Positions 1-9,338 are shown, counted from the first letter of the stretch. The stretch is DNA of 56,471 nt from Candidatus Faecimonas gallistercoris (GCA_018712565.1 DVGU01000003.1:1-56471); one strand, 5' to 3'. The notes: generated from the sequence alone by a model not told the origin. Made by a program: numbers and translations.

Positions 1-217
1 TCAACACCAAATTTTAAAAAAATAGATAGTTTTGGTGTTTTAGTCATGAATTAAATTACAATTTTAGTTAAAATCAAAACTTTTTTAAAAAATTGCAAAA
101 ACTACTTGTAAAAACTTAGAAAGTCACATAAATATCATTAAAAATTATTTACATAATATTATAACAAGTATTATTTGCTAGTTTTTTTACTATCTATTTT
201 GAAAAATATAATATATT

Positions 218-243
218 AAAAAGAGCTCTGTTGGGCTCTTTTG
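218..243 (-). terminator. Rho-independent terminator candidate after the ABC permease
   Basis: aaAAGAGC-tctgttgg-GCTCTTtt hairpin directly after the stop at 245. On the minus strand it is followed by a T run (ctttttaatat). Confidence 0.4.
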
Positions 244-244
244 T

Positions 245-880
245 TTAAAATTCTTTCTTTTGGAATAGTTTTTTTGAAATAAAATATGATATTCCAAGTA
301 AGATTATGGAAATAATAGGAACTAGTATACTTCCGTAGGATTCTAGACTATTTATTTGATTGATTAAATTATTTACATCTACATATTTAGATAAAATAGC
401 TCCTATTACTCCGATTCCAATTACTACAATAAAAATAATAATCCTTCCGTTTAGTGCTCCATACTGAATCATAATAGGATAAAGAAGAGCTACTAATATA
501 GAAGTAGATAATATGGTGCCAAGAAGTGCGGTGGTTGTTTCTGTCATATTGATTGTACCATTCATTATATAGTTGAAACCTGTTGTTGTAATGATGGATA
601 CTAAAGATAATATTACTATGATTATGATTGTTGCGATATATTTAGCTATAATAGCATTCCTTCTGCCATTTGGTAGTGTTACGACATAGCTATTCCAGTT
701 GTTGAATTCATCATAACTGAATGTTGAAATAAACATCATTACCCCTATAATTGGTAAGATAAAAATTGCACTACTTCCCCCTTCTTGTGATATTAGCAAT
801 AATAATGCTACTAATACCGCTAATATGATTTTTAGATTTGATTTTATGACTAATAAATCTTTTTTTACTAAACCTATCAT
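245..880 (-). CDS. ABC-2 type transporter permease (multi-pass membrane protein)
   Basis: 211-aa ORF with about 6 hydrophobic segments. Its start overlaps the upstream ABC ATPase stop by 1 nt (TAATG). Confidence 0.6.
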   Translation of the reverse strand: MIGLVKKDLLVIKSNLKIILAVLVALLLLISQEGGSSAIFILPIIGVMMFISTFSYDEFNNWNSYVVTLPNGRRNAIIAKYIATIIIIVILSLVSIITTTGFNYIMNGTINMTETTTALLGTILSTSILVALLYPIMIQYGALNGRIIIFIVVIGIGVIGAILSKYVDVNNLINQINSLESYGSILVPIISIILLGISYFISKKLFQKKEF

Positions 881-1740
881 TATTTTTCCCCCTTTATCAT
901 GATTACCATTAAATCTTCTAAGGTTATTTTATCTAAGATAAAGTCTCTATACTTTTTCTTTATTTTTGCTTTGTTGGATACTAAGATATCATAGTTATAT
1001 TTATTCTTTTTATAACGAATGATATCTTCTTTTTCTATTTTATCGAAATCTTTAGTATCACATTTTAATATTGCATAGTTATCAATAATATTGTCTTTAT
1101 CGTCGTCTAGTATTTTCTTCCCTTTATCTATAAAGATGATTTTATCAGCTACGTGTTCTAAGTCCGTTGTAATATGAGTAGATAATAAAATAGTGTGATC
1201 TTCATCTTGAATAAACTTTAAAAATAAATCTAGTATTTCTGTTCTTACTACTGGATCTAGTCCACTCGTTGGTTCATCTAAGATTAATAACTTTGGTTTA
1301 TGAGATAAAGCCGTAATAATTTCTAATTTTTTTCTCATTCCTTTTGATAGAGATTTGATTGCCTTATTTCTTGGCAAGTCAAACTCTTTTAAATAGTTAT
1401 AAAATAAATCTTCATCCCAGGTTTTATATATAGCTTTCATCGAACTATTGATATCGTTTGCATTTAATATTTCTGGAAAAAACATATCATCTAATACAAC
1501 CCCGATATCTTCTTTTATTTTTTCTTCCTCTTGATTGATATCTTTACCAAAGATTTTGATATTACCTTGGTTGGGTTTTACTATTTTTAATATTGATTTT
1601 ATAAATGTTGTTTTTCCGGCTCCATTTTCACCAATCATACCTATAATCATACCAGACGGAATTTTTATATCCATTGGTCCTAGTTTAAAACCATCTTTAT
1701 ATTTTTTTACTAAGTTCTTTACTTCTATGATATTATTCAT
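880..1740 (-). CDS. ABC transporter ATP-binding protein
   Basis: Walker A GENGAGKTT, signature LSKGMRKKL, Walker B LLILDEPTSGLD, H-loop STH. Start chosen at MNNIIEVKNL, preceded by GGAGTGAAGAGG. It overlaps the GntR stop by 8 nt. Confidence 0.9.
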   Translation of the reverse strand: MNNIIEVKNLVKKYKDGFKLGPMDIKIPSGMIIGMIGENGAGKTTFIKSILKIVKPNQGNIKIFGKDINQEEEKIKEDIGVVLDDMFFPEILNANDINSSMKAIYKTWDEDLFYNYLKEFDLPRNKAIKSLSKGMRKKLEIITALSHKPKLLILDEPTSGLDPVVRTEILDLFLKFIQDEDHTILLSTHITTDLEHVADKIIFIDKGKKILDDDKDNIIDNYAILKCDTKDFDKIEKEDIIRYKKNKYNYDILVSNKAKIKKKYRDFILDKITLEDLMVIMIKGEK

Positions 1741-2116
1741 CCTCTTCACTCCTATATATATAATCAAATGTTTCTATTATTTCGTCTTTTGAAATATTGT
1801 ATTTTTTTGAAATATCTACAATTTTTAAAATGTAGTCTTCTATTTCTTTTTGTTTTTGTTCTTTTGATAGCTCCGTATTTTTGGGAGCGACAAAGCTACC
1901 TTTTCCTTGTTTGGTAATAATATATCCTTCATTTTCTAATTCATCATAGGCCTTTTTAACAGTCATTACACTGATTCTTAAATCCTGGGCTAATGATCGA
2001 ATGGATGGCAATGGTTCGTCTTCTGTTAATTCATCCGAGAGTATTTGATTAATGATTGTATTTTTTATTTGTTCAAAAATCGGTGTATAACTATTATTAC
2101 TAATTATTATTTTCAT
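1733..2116 (-). CDS. GntR family (YtrA-like) transcriptional regulator
   Basis: N-terminal wHTH pattern PIFEQIKNTIINQI..LPSIRSLAQDLRISVMTVKKAYDELENEGYIITKQGKGSFV. Short C-terminus typical of the YtrA subfamily. RBS GGGGTGAAAGG before ATG 2116. First gene of the ABC operon. Confidence 0.85.
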   Translation of the reverse strand: MKIIISNNSYTPIFEQIKNTIINQILSDELTEDEPLPSIRSLAQDLRISVMTVKKAYDELENEGYIITKQGKGSFVAPKNTELSKEQKQKEIEDYILKIVDISKKYNISKDEIIETFDYIYRSEEDE

Positions 2117-2142
2117 CCTTTCACCCCTAATCACCTGTGTTT

Positions 2143-2178
2143 GTATAACAGTATATAACAGTATGTAACAGTTGTCAA
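2143..2178 (-). promoter_or_regulatory. SigmaA-type promoter of the GntR-ABC operon, overlain by three phased 10-bp direct repeats (operator candidate)
   Basis: Minus strand has TTGACA (2173-2178), a 17-nt spacer, then TATACT (2150-2155). Plus strand 2143-2172 reads gtataaca/gtatataaca/gtatgtaaca, units spaced exactly 10 bp apart. Confidence 0.5.
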
Positions 2179-2186
2179 TATATAAT

Positions 2187-2216
2187 AAAAATCTATCTTA
2201 TTAAGATAGATTTTTT
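2187..2216. terminator. Bidirectional hairpin terminator candidate
   Basis: aaaAATCTATCTTA-TTAAGATAGATTtttt, a near-perfect palindrome flanked by A and T runs. It lies between the monooxygenase pseudogene stop and the GntR promoter. Confidence 0.45.
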
Positions 2217-2225
2217 AGTTTTTAT

Positions 2226-2519
2226 TTATTTGTTTTCAACGAATTGTTCTACTTTCATATGTAGATGGTATTTATCTCTAAGTTTTGCAATTTCTTGCAT
2301 CATTTTTGATTTGTGATGCCTATCTAGAGCTTCTTTGTTTTACCATCTATCGATTAATAGAACTGTTTCAGGATCATCCATTGGAAAGAAATATTCGTAT
2401 TTTAAATTTCCTTTTTCACCTCTTACTCTTTCTACAACTCCACTAGCTACCATTTCTTCAGCAAATTTTTTAGCACTTCTATTTTCTCCTGTATAATATA
2501 TATTAATTGTTAAACTCAT
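2226..2519 (-). pseudogene. ABM-family (YgiN-like) monooxygenase gene interrupted by one in-frame TAA
   Basis: Minus-strand translation is MSLTINIYYTGENRSAKKFAEEMVASGVVERVRGEKGNLKYEYFFPMDDPETVLLIDRW*NKEALDRHHKSKMMQEIAKLRDKYHLHMKVEQFVENK. The stop is codon 60 (2340-2342), where family members normally carry a sense codon (E, K or Q, one nucleotide from TAA). The reading frame is otherwise intact. Confidence 0.6.
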
Positions 2520-2754
2520 AATTTTTCATTTCTCCTTTTTCTTTATTTAGAATTTTTGCAAATTCTATTTCTTCTTTAGTATATTCTTCTATTTGCTTAG
2601 TTGGACAAACAATGCTTAACATACAAATTACACGTAAAGCATTTTCTTCTTTTATTTTCATAATTTGATTTTTATATTTTAAACTTCCACATACTGTTAT
2701 TATGTTCATACTTATTCCACTATAATTTTTGTTGTCCTCTTCCTCCTCAAACAT
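2503..2754 (-). pseudogene. Short ORF, probable truncated gene remnant
   Basis: 83-aa ORF whose frame stays open upstream to about 2870 without a start codon. No convincing RBS. It overlaps the start of the neighbouring pseudogene. No complete domain recognised. Confidence 0.2.
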
Positions 2755-2873
2755 TTCCTTATCCGTTCCTATAATCTTTACATTTAATTTTGATAATTTA
2801 TCTCTTACTTTGTTACTACTTGAATAATTAATGATTGTTGTTTTATTTCCGATAAGGTGTAGGTTTCTAACTT

Positions 2874-5474
2874 TTATTCATCTTGAAATTGTTTTACTAT
2901 CCATGGTTTTAGCAGTTCAATTATTATTAAAGATATAATGTTTACTATAAATACAAATAAGAATTGTGATATGGTAACAATTGTCAAACCAAAGATTTTT
3001 CCTATTGGACTAAAAAATACTAATATTTGTACTAAAACTAGGGCAAATATTCCGATATTTAATGGCTTATTACTAAATAGTCCACGTTTATGAATTTGTT
3101 CTTTTAGTGAACGACAATTGTAAGCAAATACAAATTCATTTAATACTACACTAAGTAAAGCTAAAGTTGAGGCAGCTTCATGTCCTAATGGTTGGAAAAA
3201 ATAGAATATAAAAATACTAATTATGGTTTCTAAGATAACAGATAAAATTAAAAATGCTAGGAAAAACTTGGTAAATATTTTTTTATCTAGACCATATGGC
3301 TTTTCTTTCATAATGTTTTTGGATGATCCTTCATAGGCTAAGGCAATCGATGGAACTGTATCTGCTACTAGGTCAATATATAAAACATGAATCGCTGATA
3401 TAATCGTGGTTCCTGTAAACATACCGAAAATAATAATCAATATTTCTGTAAAGTTACTAGATAAGTTATATAAAATATTCGCAATTACATTATTATAGAT
3501 TCTTCTTCCTTCTGATACTGCAGTAGTAATTGTTTCAAAGCTATCATTTAATAGGATAATATCTGATACATCTTTGGTAACATCAGTACCTGTTTTTCCC
3601 ATTCCTACACCAACGTTTGCTAGTTTGATTGCTGGGGCATCGTTTACTCCGTCTCCTGTCATTGCAACAACCTTATGTTGCTTTTGGAAGGCTTTTACAA
3701 TTTGTAATTTTACTTCTGGGCTTACTCTAGCATATACATTGTATTTATTAATGTTTTTATTCAATTCTTTTTCTGATAACTCAGAGGCATTTACGCATTC
3801 TTCTTCAGTTGTGCAAATTCCTGCTTCTTTAGCAATCGCCGTTGCTGTTTCTAAATTATCCCCTGTTAACATCACTACTCTAATTCCTGCTTCTTTACAT
3901 TTATCAATAGATTCTTTTATGTTTTTTCTAATTGGATCTTTAAATCCTGCTAGTCCCACTAAGATTAAATCACTTTCTTCTTTAAAGTAATCCTCTTCTT
4001 CTACTATTTTGTGCTCTATCTTTTTATAAGCAAAAGCTAGTACTTTTAATGATTCTTCTGACATTGAGGCTTCTTTATCCTCAAAATCTTTTATGTCTTC
4101 TTTCGTAAGCTTTACTATTTTACCGTTCTTTAAAATGGATTTACTTCTTTTTATAATGGATTCTAAACCACCTTTAATATATAGATAAGTTTCTTCATCT
4201 TTTTTATAAACAGCACTCATCATTTTACGGTTGGAATCAAATGGTAATTCTGTTATTTTTTTTACTGGCGTTGTTTTCAATTTGTTTTCTTTTAAATAAT
4301 TTTTAATTGCAACGTCCATAGCATCTCCCGAATATAAGCCATCTTCATTTAATGTTGCCGAATTAGAATTATCCATAATATCAATTAATGTTTGATTGTC
4401 TTTTAAATCTTCTAATGGTAGATTCTGACCGTTGGTATATATCTTGGTCATTTTCATTTTATTTTCTGTTAATGTACCTGTCTTATCTGTACAAATTACT
4501 TGTGTTGCTCCTAAGGTTTCTATGGCTGCCAAATTTCTTACAATAGATTTTTTCTTGGCCATTTGGGATACTCCAATAGATAATGTAGCTGTAATGGCAA
4601 TGGTTAGACTTTCTGGGACACTTGCTACAATCATAGAAATCATAAGCATGATTAAATTTAATATCGGATAATTATTGACTAGTCCATACACCAGAACAAA
4701 TACTACTAAAACACCTGCTACTCCAGTAATAAATTTGGTTACCTTTTTCACTTTCATTTGCAGTGGTGTAATTGGTTCTTCTTTGGTATCTAGAGCTCCT
4801 GCAATTTTTCCTAATTCTGTTTTCATTCCCGTATTTACTACAACAGCCTCTATTTTTCCGGCAGTTAATATTGTTCCAGCATAAACCATGTTATATGTTT
4901 CTGCTAATAGAGATTCTTTTTCAATCACATCTTCTATTTTATCTACATTTTGACTTTCTCCGGTTAGAATAGATTCATCTGTTTTTGCAAAATAGCTTTT
5001 TGTGATTCTAGCATCAGCGGGTATTTTATCGCCGGCTTCTAAAATAATATAGTCACCTGGAACTAAATATCTAGCATTTATTTCTTTGGTTACGCCATCT
5101 CTTTTTACTGTAATATAATTTGCAGTATATTTTTTTAATTTATTGGTAGCATCTTCTGCTTTGGATTCTTGCAAATATCCCATAATACAATTTACTAATG
5201 ATGTACCAAGAATTACGATTGGCTCTAGAAAATTCCCATCTGTTATTATGGCATATATTAAAGATAAAAATCCTACTACTAATAAAAGAATAATCATCAT
5301 ACCTTTAAATTGATTTAAAAATATTTCTAATTTTGTTCTTTTGTTTTTATCAATCAATTCATTTAATCCTTCTGTTTTACTTCTTTTTTTAGCTTCTATA
5401 TTACTAAGTCCATTGTCTGATGTATTTAATTCTTTATATATTTCTTCTACTGCCTTTTGATACTCCTTTTCCAT
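2874..5474 (-). CDS. Cation-translocating P-type ATPase (type II, Ca2+/Mg2+-like)
   Basis: Motifs TGES, phosphorylation site ICTDKTGTLTENKM, MLTGDN, hinge TGDGVNDAPAIK. About 10 hydrophobic segments. RBS AAGAGG. Confidence 0.9.
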   Translation of the reverse strand: MEKEYQKAVEEIYKELNTSDNGLSNIEAKKRSKTEGLNELIDKNKRTKLEIFLNQFKGMMIILLLVVGFLSLIYAIITDGNFLEPIVILGTSLVNCIMGYLQESKAEDATNKLKKYTANYITVKRDGVTKEINARYLVPGDYIILEAGDKIPADARITKSYFAKTDESILTGESQNVDKIEDVIEKESLLAETYNMVYAGTILTAGKIEAVVVNTGMKTELGKIAGALDTKEEPITPLQMKVKKVTKFITGVAGVLVVFVLVYGLVNNYPILNLIMLMISMIVASVPESLTIAITATLSIGVSQMAKKKSIVRNLAAIETLGATQVICTDKTGTLTENKMKMTKIYTNGQNLPLEDLKDNQTLIDIMDNSNSATLNEDGLYSGDAMDVAIKNYLKENKLKTTPVKKITELPFDSNRKMMSAVYKKDEETYLYIKGGLESIIKRSKSILKNGKIVKLTKEDIKDFEDKEASMSEESLKVLAFAYKKIEHKIVEEEDYFKEESDLILVGLAGFKDPIRKNIKESIDKCKEAGIRVVMLTGDNLETATAIAKEAGICTTEEECVNASELSEKELNKNINKYNVYARVSPEVKLQIVKAFQKQHKVVAMTGDGVNDAPAIKLANVGVGMGKTGTDVTKDVSDIILLNDSFETITTAVSEGRRIYNNVIANILYNLSSNFTEILIIIFGMFTGTTIISAIHVLYIDLVADTVPSIALAYEGSSKNIMKEKPYGLDKKIFTKFFLAFLILSVILETIISIFIFYFFQPLGHEAASTLALLSVVLNEFVFAYNCRSLKEQIHKRGLFSNKPLNIGIFALVLVQILVFFSPIGKIFGLTIVTISQFLFVFIVNIISLIIIELLKPWIVKQFQDE

Positions 5475-5488
5475 ACTCTAACCTCTTT

Positions 5489-5902
5489 CTATTTTACATA
5501 GTTATTATACGGCAGAAATTCTAGTTTTACAACATTATCTATTTTTATTCTTTCGTTAGAAAAAAGTATAATTTCTTTTTCTATAATATCTATTCTTTTT
5601 ATTGTTGTATTAATTTTTTTATAGCTACCTTCCATTTTTTTCTTATCTTTTACAAAATACGTAATTTTAACTTCTATTTCTTTATGATTATCTAACCATA
5701 GTAATTGATTGTTAATTACTTCCTTTTTATCATCTGCTAATTCTTTTTTTTGTTTTGTTATTTTTCCTGCTTCTTTTATTTTTTCATCATATCCTGTTAG
5801 TGCAGAAAATGGAGCAAATTGGAAAGAACGATTATTTAAAGACATAGATGGATGCTTTGATTTAGGTCTTGATAAATTCATGATATCTTCATACTTATTC
5901 AT
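5489..5902 (-). CDS. YolD-like protein (partner of Y-family polymerases)
   Basis: Start MNKYEDIMNLSRPKSKHPSMSLNNRSFQFAPFSALTGYDE matches the YolD-like pattern (R..QF.PF.AL.G). Its ATG lies inside the polymerase stop region (GGAGGtcatcATGAATAA). Confidence 0.6.
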   Translation of the reverse strand: MNKYEDIMNLSRPKSKHPSMSLNNRSFQFAPFSALTGYDEKIKEAGKITKQKKELADDKKEVINNQLLWLDNHKEIEVKITYFVKDKKKMEGSYKKINTTIKRIDIIEKEIILFSNERIKIDNVVKLEFLPYNNYVK

Positions 5903-7382
5903 GATGACCTCCAATTTGTTTGTTTCTTTCCATAGTAGTTGCACCAGTTTCTAAATTCATTCCTCGAAGAATAGCGTTTTTCCCATACTTTTCTTTAATA
6001 TTTAACACTGCTTGTTGTAACAGATTCTCCCTTCTTTCTTCTTGCTTTCTTGTTGTTTCTTCTATATGTAGTGTATCCGGATTTGTAAATATATCTAACT
6101 GTTCATACTTTAAAATCATCTTTTCTTTTTCTACTGACATTAATCCTACTGCACTAATATTAATTCTTTTCACTAGTAAATCTGAATTTATAATTTGTTC
6201 AAATAATTTAGTTGCCGCATCCATGATTTTTCTAGAAGAAGACGTTTTTTCTTTTAAATGAATACTGCCATGAGCATGTTTTGGTATTTTTCTGCCATAA
6301 AAATCCATCTTTACTTCTCCTTGATAATCTTCTGTAACATTTGAAATATCATATCCTACCGTTAATACTAATTGGTCCGTTATCAAATGTTTTTCTACCA
6401 AACTTAAAGCTAGTAACTCAGACATTTCTCGCACAATTAATTTTGCTTTTAGATAGGAATAGGGAGATGGCAGAACCTGTCCTGTGCTAATACTTTTTGC
6501 TAACGGCTTATAGGATTTAATAGACTCTATCGTACATGGTTCTATTCCCCAGGCATGATCAATTAATAACTCGGCATTCACACCAAATAATTTATATAAT
6601 AATTCTTCATTTTCTATAGAACACCTTGCAATATCTCCTAAAGTATATATATGATTCTGTTCTAGTCTACTAGCAATTCCTTTCCCTATTCTCCAAATAT
6701 CTGTAATTGGACGATAATCCCATAATGTTTTTTTATATGTTATTTCATCCAACTCGGCAATTCTTACTCCATATTCATCTGCTTTCGCGTGTTTTGCAAC
6801 TACATCCATTGCTACTTTTGCTAAAAAAAGATTAGTCCCAATTCCAGCTGTTGCTGTAATTCCTGTTTCTTTTACTACGTCTTTTAATATCTTGGTTACA
6901 AACTGTTTTGGTGTAGTATGATTATATTTTAAATATTTAGTAATATCTGCAAACACTTCATCAATGGAATAAACAACGATATCTTCTTTTGCCATATACC
7001 TTAAATAAATATTATATATCTTAGCCGAAAAGTTAATATAATGAGACATTCTAGGAGGAGCAATAATCAAATCTAATTCTTTTGTTTTATCACGCTTTAA
7101 TTCATCATCATTAATAGATTTTCCTAAAAATTTTCTACCATTGTTTTCTTCTTTTCGCCTTTTATTCACCTCTTTTACTAATTGTAATAATTCAAATAAT
7201 CTAGCTCTTCCTCCAATACCATATTGTTTTAAGGAAGGACTAATTGCTAGACAGATTGTTTTTTCTGTTCTAGTAGAATCTGCTACTGCTAAATTAGTTT
7301 TTAACGGATCTAATCCTCTTTCTACACATTCTACAGATGCATAAAAACTCTTTAAATCAATACAAATATAAACTTTTTCCAT
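5895..7382 (-). CDS. Y-family (DinB/UmuC/UvrX-like) translesion DNA polymerase
   Basis: N-terminus YICIDLKSFYASVECVERGLDP, plus YSIDEVFADIT and palm/finger/little-finger-like regions. An SOS box lies upstream. Confidence 0.85.
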   Translation of the reverse strand: MEKVYICIDLKSFYASVECVERGLDPLKTNLAVADSTRTEKTICLAISPSLKQYGIGGRARLFELLQLVKEVNKRRKEENNGRKFLGKSINDDELKRDKTKELDLIIAPPRMSHYINFSAKIYNIYLRYMAKEDIVVYSIDEVFADITKYLKYNHTTPKQFVTKILKDVVKETGITATAGIGTNLFLAKVAMDVVAKHAKADEYGVRIAELDEITYKKTLWDYRPITDIWRIGKGIASRLEQNHIYTLGDIARCSIENEELLYKLFGVNAELLIDHAWGIEPCTIESIKSYKPLAKSISTGQVLPSPYSYLKAKLIVREMSELLALSLVEKHLITDQLVLTVGYDISNVTEDYQGEVKMDFYGRKIPKHAHGSIHLKEKTSSSRKIMDAATKLFEQIINSDLLVKRINISAVGLMSVEKEKMILKYEQLDIFTNPDTLHIEETTRKQEERRENLLQQAVLNIKEKYGKNAILRGMNLETGATTMERNKQIGGHHE

Positions 7383-7398
7383 CTCATCACCATTTACA

Positions 7399-7427
7399 TT
7401 CTATCACGAACATTTGTTCTTGTGAAG
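7399..7427 (-). promoter_or_regulatory. SOS-regulated promoter with a LexA (Cheo) box in the spacer
   Basis: Minus strand has TTCACA (7422-7427), a 17-nt spacer, then TG-extended TAGAAT (7399-7404). The spacer contains CGAACATTTGTTCT (7408-7421), which is GAAC-N4-GTTC, the Firmicutes LexA consensus. Confidence 0.7.
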
Positions 7428-7524
7428 TGGAAAATTTTAGAAAAAAATAGATAAATCTTTTTGGGACTTATCTATAAATATATACTTTCATAACTTTCTT
7501 TGTGAACCATAATTTCTTGTCGTA

Positions 7525-7740
7525 TTATTTACTTTTATACTTATCTTTTTTTATCAAGGAACCAATTCCCATACCTACAGTCATTCCTATCGCAATACCA
7601 AACGTAATACAAACAGGAACATTATCTAAAAATATCCCTACTACCACTCCTATAGAAACACCAAAACACATTCCAAATGGAATACCTTCTACCATATAAT
7701 TATCTAACTTTTGATTTTTTTCCTTTTGCTTATTATCCAT
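7525..7740 (-). CDS. Small glycine-rich membrane protein
   Basis: 71 aa with two Gly-zipper-like hydrophobic segments and charged termini. RBS AGGAAAG before the ATG. Confidence 0.4.
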   Translation of the reverse strand: MDNKQKEKNQKLDNYMVEGIPFGMCFGVSIGVVVGIFLDNVPVCITFGIAIGMTVGMGIGSLIKKDKYKSK

Positions 7741-7954
7741 AACTTTCCTGCTTTCCTAATCTTTAGTATCATTATAATATAATTTACCAAAAATAAATAG
7801 TAAGATAGTATATTTTAATTTCATCTTATCATCTCTGATTCAGTATATAGAAGTAACAATTTTTACACTACCATTTTATCATGAAAGTTACAAACTTTCT
7901 TTTAACAATGATAAATCATCTTTTTATAAAATAGAAAAAGAGAGTATCTCACTC

Positions 7955-8521
7955 TTATTTTTTTAATTTTAATCCGTCTTTAAATGCTTCTCCTACTCGT
8001 TCAGTCACTTTATAATATCCATGTGTATATGGATCAAACGCAATAGCATTTACTTTTTCAATATCTACTTTATCATCAGTCATTGTCTTTTCATCGACAC
8101 TAACATTAACAATTTTTCCTATCACTCCACATCCATATTCGTCATCTTGATATTCTATAAATTCACATTCCATACAAATTGGAAATTCATTGATAATTGG
8201 AGCATCAACAAGATCAGATTTCGTAGCAGTTAATCCACTATTTTCAAATTTATTCGGTGTATTATTTCCTGATACTACTCCAAAATAATCTGCTTCTACT
8301 ACATGATCACTATCCGCAATACTTACAGTAAAAGCTTTTCTCTTCTTTATATTTTGTACTGTCTTATGGGTCTCAGTTAAATTCAGAATAACCTCATTTC
8401 TCTCTAACATAGTTCCCCAAGCTGCATTCATTACATCAATAGTACCATCTTCATTATAAGTAGCAATCATCAACACAGGCATTGGAAAGATTGCTTCTGT
8501 TGTTTTAATATTTTTTCTCAT
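7955..8521 (-). CDS. Flavin reductase-like (FMN-binding split-barrel) protein
   Basis: 188 aa with family-typical segments PVLMIATYNEDGTIDVMNAAWG, FTVSI and GKIVNVSVDE. Confidence 0.65.
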   Translation of the reverse strand: MRKNIKTTEAIFPMPVLMIATYNEDGTIDVMNAAWGTMLERNEVILNLTETHKTVQNIKKRKAFTVSIADSDHVVEADYFGVVSGNNTPNKFENSGLTATKSDLVDAPIINEFPICMECEFIEYQDDEYGCGVIGKIVNVSVDEKTMTDDKVDIEKVNAIAFDPYTHGYYKVTERVGEAFKDGLKLKK

Positions 8522-8551
8522 AAATATTCCTCCTTATTTTAGCATAATCTA

Positions 8552-8893
8552 TTATTTATTATCCGTAAATACTTTTGCTATAATTTTCCATCCATCTTCA
8601 AATTTCTTTAACATATGTAAATCTATGTAATCGGCACCAAAATAATTTTCCATAGTAATTCTGATAACTGCAATATCATTAACAACATCTAAAACATCTA
8701 CTCTACCAGTAGAGTCAGTTGATCCTGCATCATCAGCACCATCAAATAAAGTTTGAATAGGATCACCATTGATAGTAGCATTCTCATGAAAAGCAGGCTT
8801 CATGATAGAACTATCTCCTTTTCTACAACCTTCTAAATAAAGATTTCCAGCTTTAACTATTTCTTCATAATCTTTTAAATTAATCACTTTCAC
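8552..8893 (-). CDS. NTF2-like (SnoaL/lumazine-binding-like) family protein
   Basis: 113 aa. Pattern YLEGCRKGDSSIMKPAFHENATING...HMLKKFEDGWKIIAKVF is typical of small NTF2-fold proteins. Confidence 0.5.
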   Translation of the reverse strand: MKVINLKDYEEIVKAGNLYLEGCRKGDSSIMKPAFHENATINGDPIQTLFDGADDAGSTDSTGRVDVLDVVNDIAVIRITMENYFGADYIDLHMLKKFEDGWKIIAKVFTDNK

Positions 8894-8980
8894 ATTCTCA
8901 TCCTTTCTTTGTTATTTTACATTTTTATTATACTTTGTTACAATACATTTGAATAGTACTTACTTAAAGGAGAGTGCAAA

Positions 8981-9316
8981 ATGAAACCATGTATAGAAGA
9001 AAAAATGAATTTTGAAGAAACAGGATTTGCATATAGTATGTCCTTAATTTCTGGAAAATATAAATTACCAATTATGTATTCTTTAGCATTTTATGGCCCT
9101 TTTCGTTACAATGAATTAAAACGATTTTTAGATCCCATATCCTTTAAAACTTTGACAAACAATTTAAAAGAACTAGAAAAATCAGGTCTAATTATTAGAA
9201 AAGAATATTCTGAAATTCCTCCGAAAGTAGAATATTTTCTATCTAAAAAGGGAAAATCACTAATGCCCGTACTAGATCAATTATGTATCTGGGGAGAAAA
9301 AAACAAACAGGATTAA
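8981..9316 (+). CDS. HxlR family winged-helix transcriptional regulator
   Basis: ISGKYKLPIMYSL..GPFRYNELKRFLDPISFKTLTNNLKELEKSGLIIRKEYSEIPPKVEYFLSKKG is the canonical HxlR pattern. Divergent from the NTF2/flavin reductase genes. Confidence 0.85.
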   Translation: MKPCIEEKMNFEETGFAYSMSLISGKYKLPIMYSLAFYGPFRYNELKRFLDPISFKTLTNNLKELEKSGLIIRKEYSEIPPKVEYFLSKKGKSLMPVLDQLCIWGEKNKQD

Positions 9317-9338
9317 AATAAAAGTCCTGTTTATTTTT
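9305..9338. terminator. Hairpin terminator shared by the convergent hxlR-like and DUF3592 genes
   Basis: AAACAGGA-ttaaaataaaag-TCCTGTTT followed by a T-rich run. It spans the HxlR stop codon. Confidence 0.65.

Noticed and set aside
1-46. A possible minus-strand gene start (ATGACTAAAACACCAAAACTATC..., MTKTPKLSIFLKFGV) running off the left edge, overlapping a 9-bp-stem hairpin (aacaccaaa...tttggtgtt).
   Set aside because: Only 15 codons are visible. There is no way to judge coding potential, and the hairpin could equally be a terminator of an upstream gene.
3574-4972. Plus-strand ORFs (3574-3990, 4432-4671, 4675-4884, 4772-4972) opposite the P-type ATPase gene. Similar antisense ORFs occur elsewhere (1535-1792, 5709-6261, 7141-7344, 16298-16573, 25825-26061, 31786-32373, 35681-35960, 38876-39166, 51051-51434 and others).
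   Set aside because: They are shadow frames of well-supported minus-strand genes. They are rich in F/L/I/S as expected from the complement of AT-rich coding sequence. They have no RBS and no recognisable domains.
5489-7427. The uvrX/yolD-like pair as a marker of an SPbeta-type prophage.
   Set aside because: There are no integrase, capsid, tail, lysis or repressor genes nearby. The flanking genes are ordinary chromosomal functions. The pair has its own LexA box, like chromosomal yqjW-type copies.
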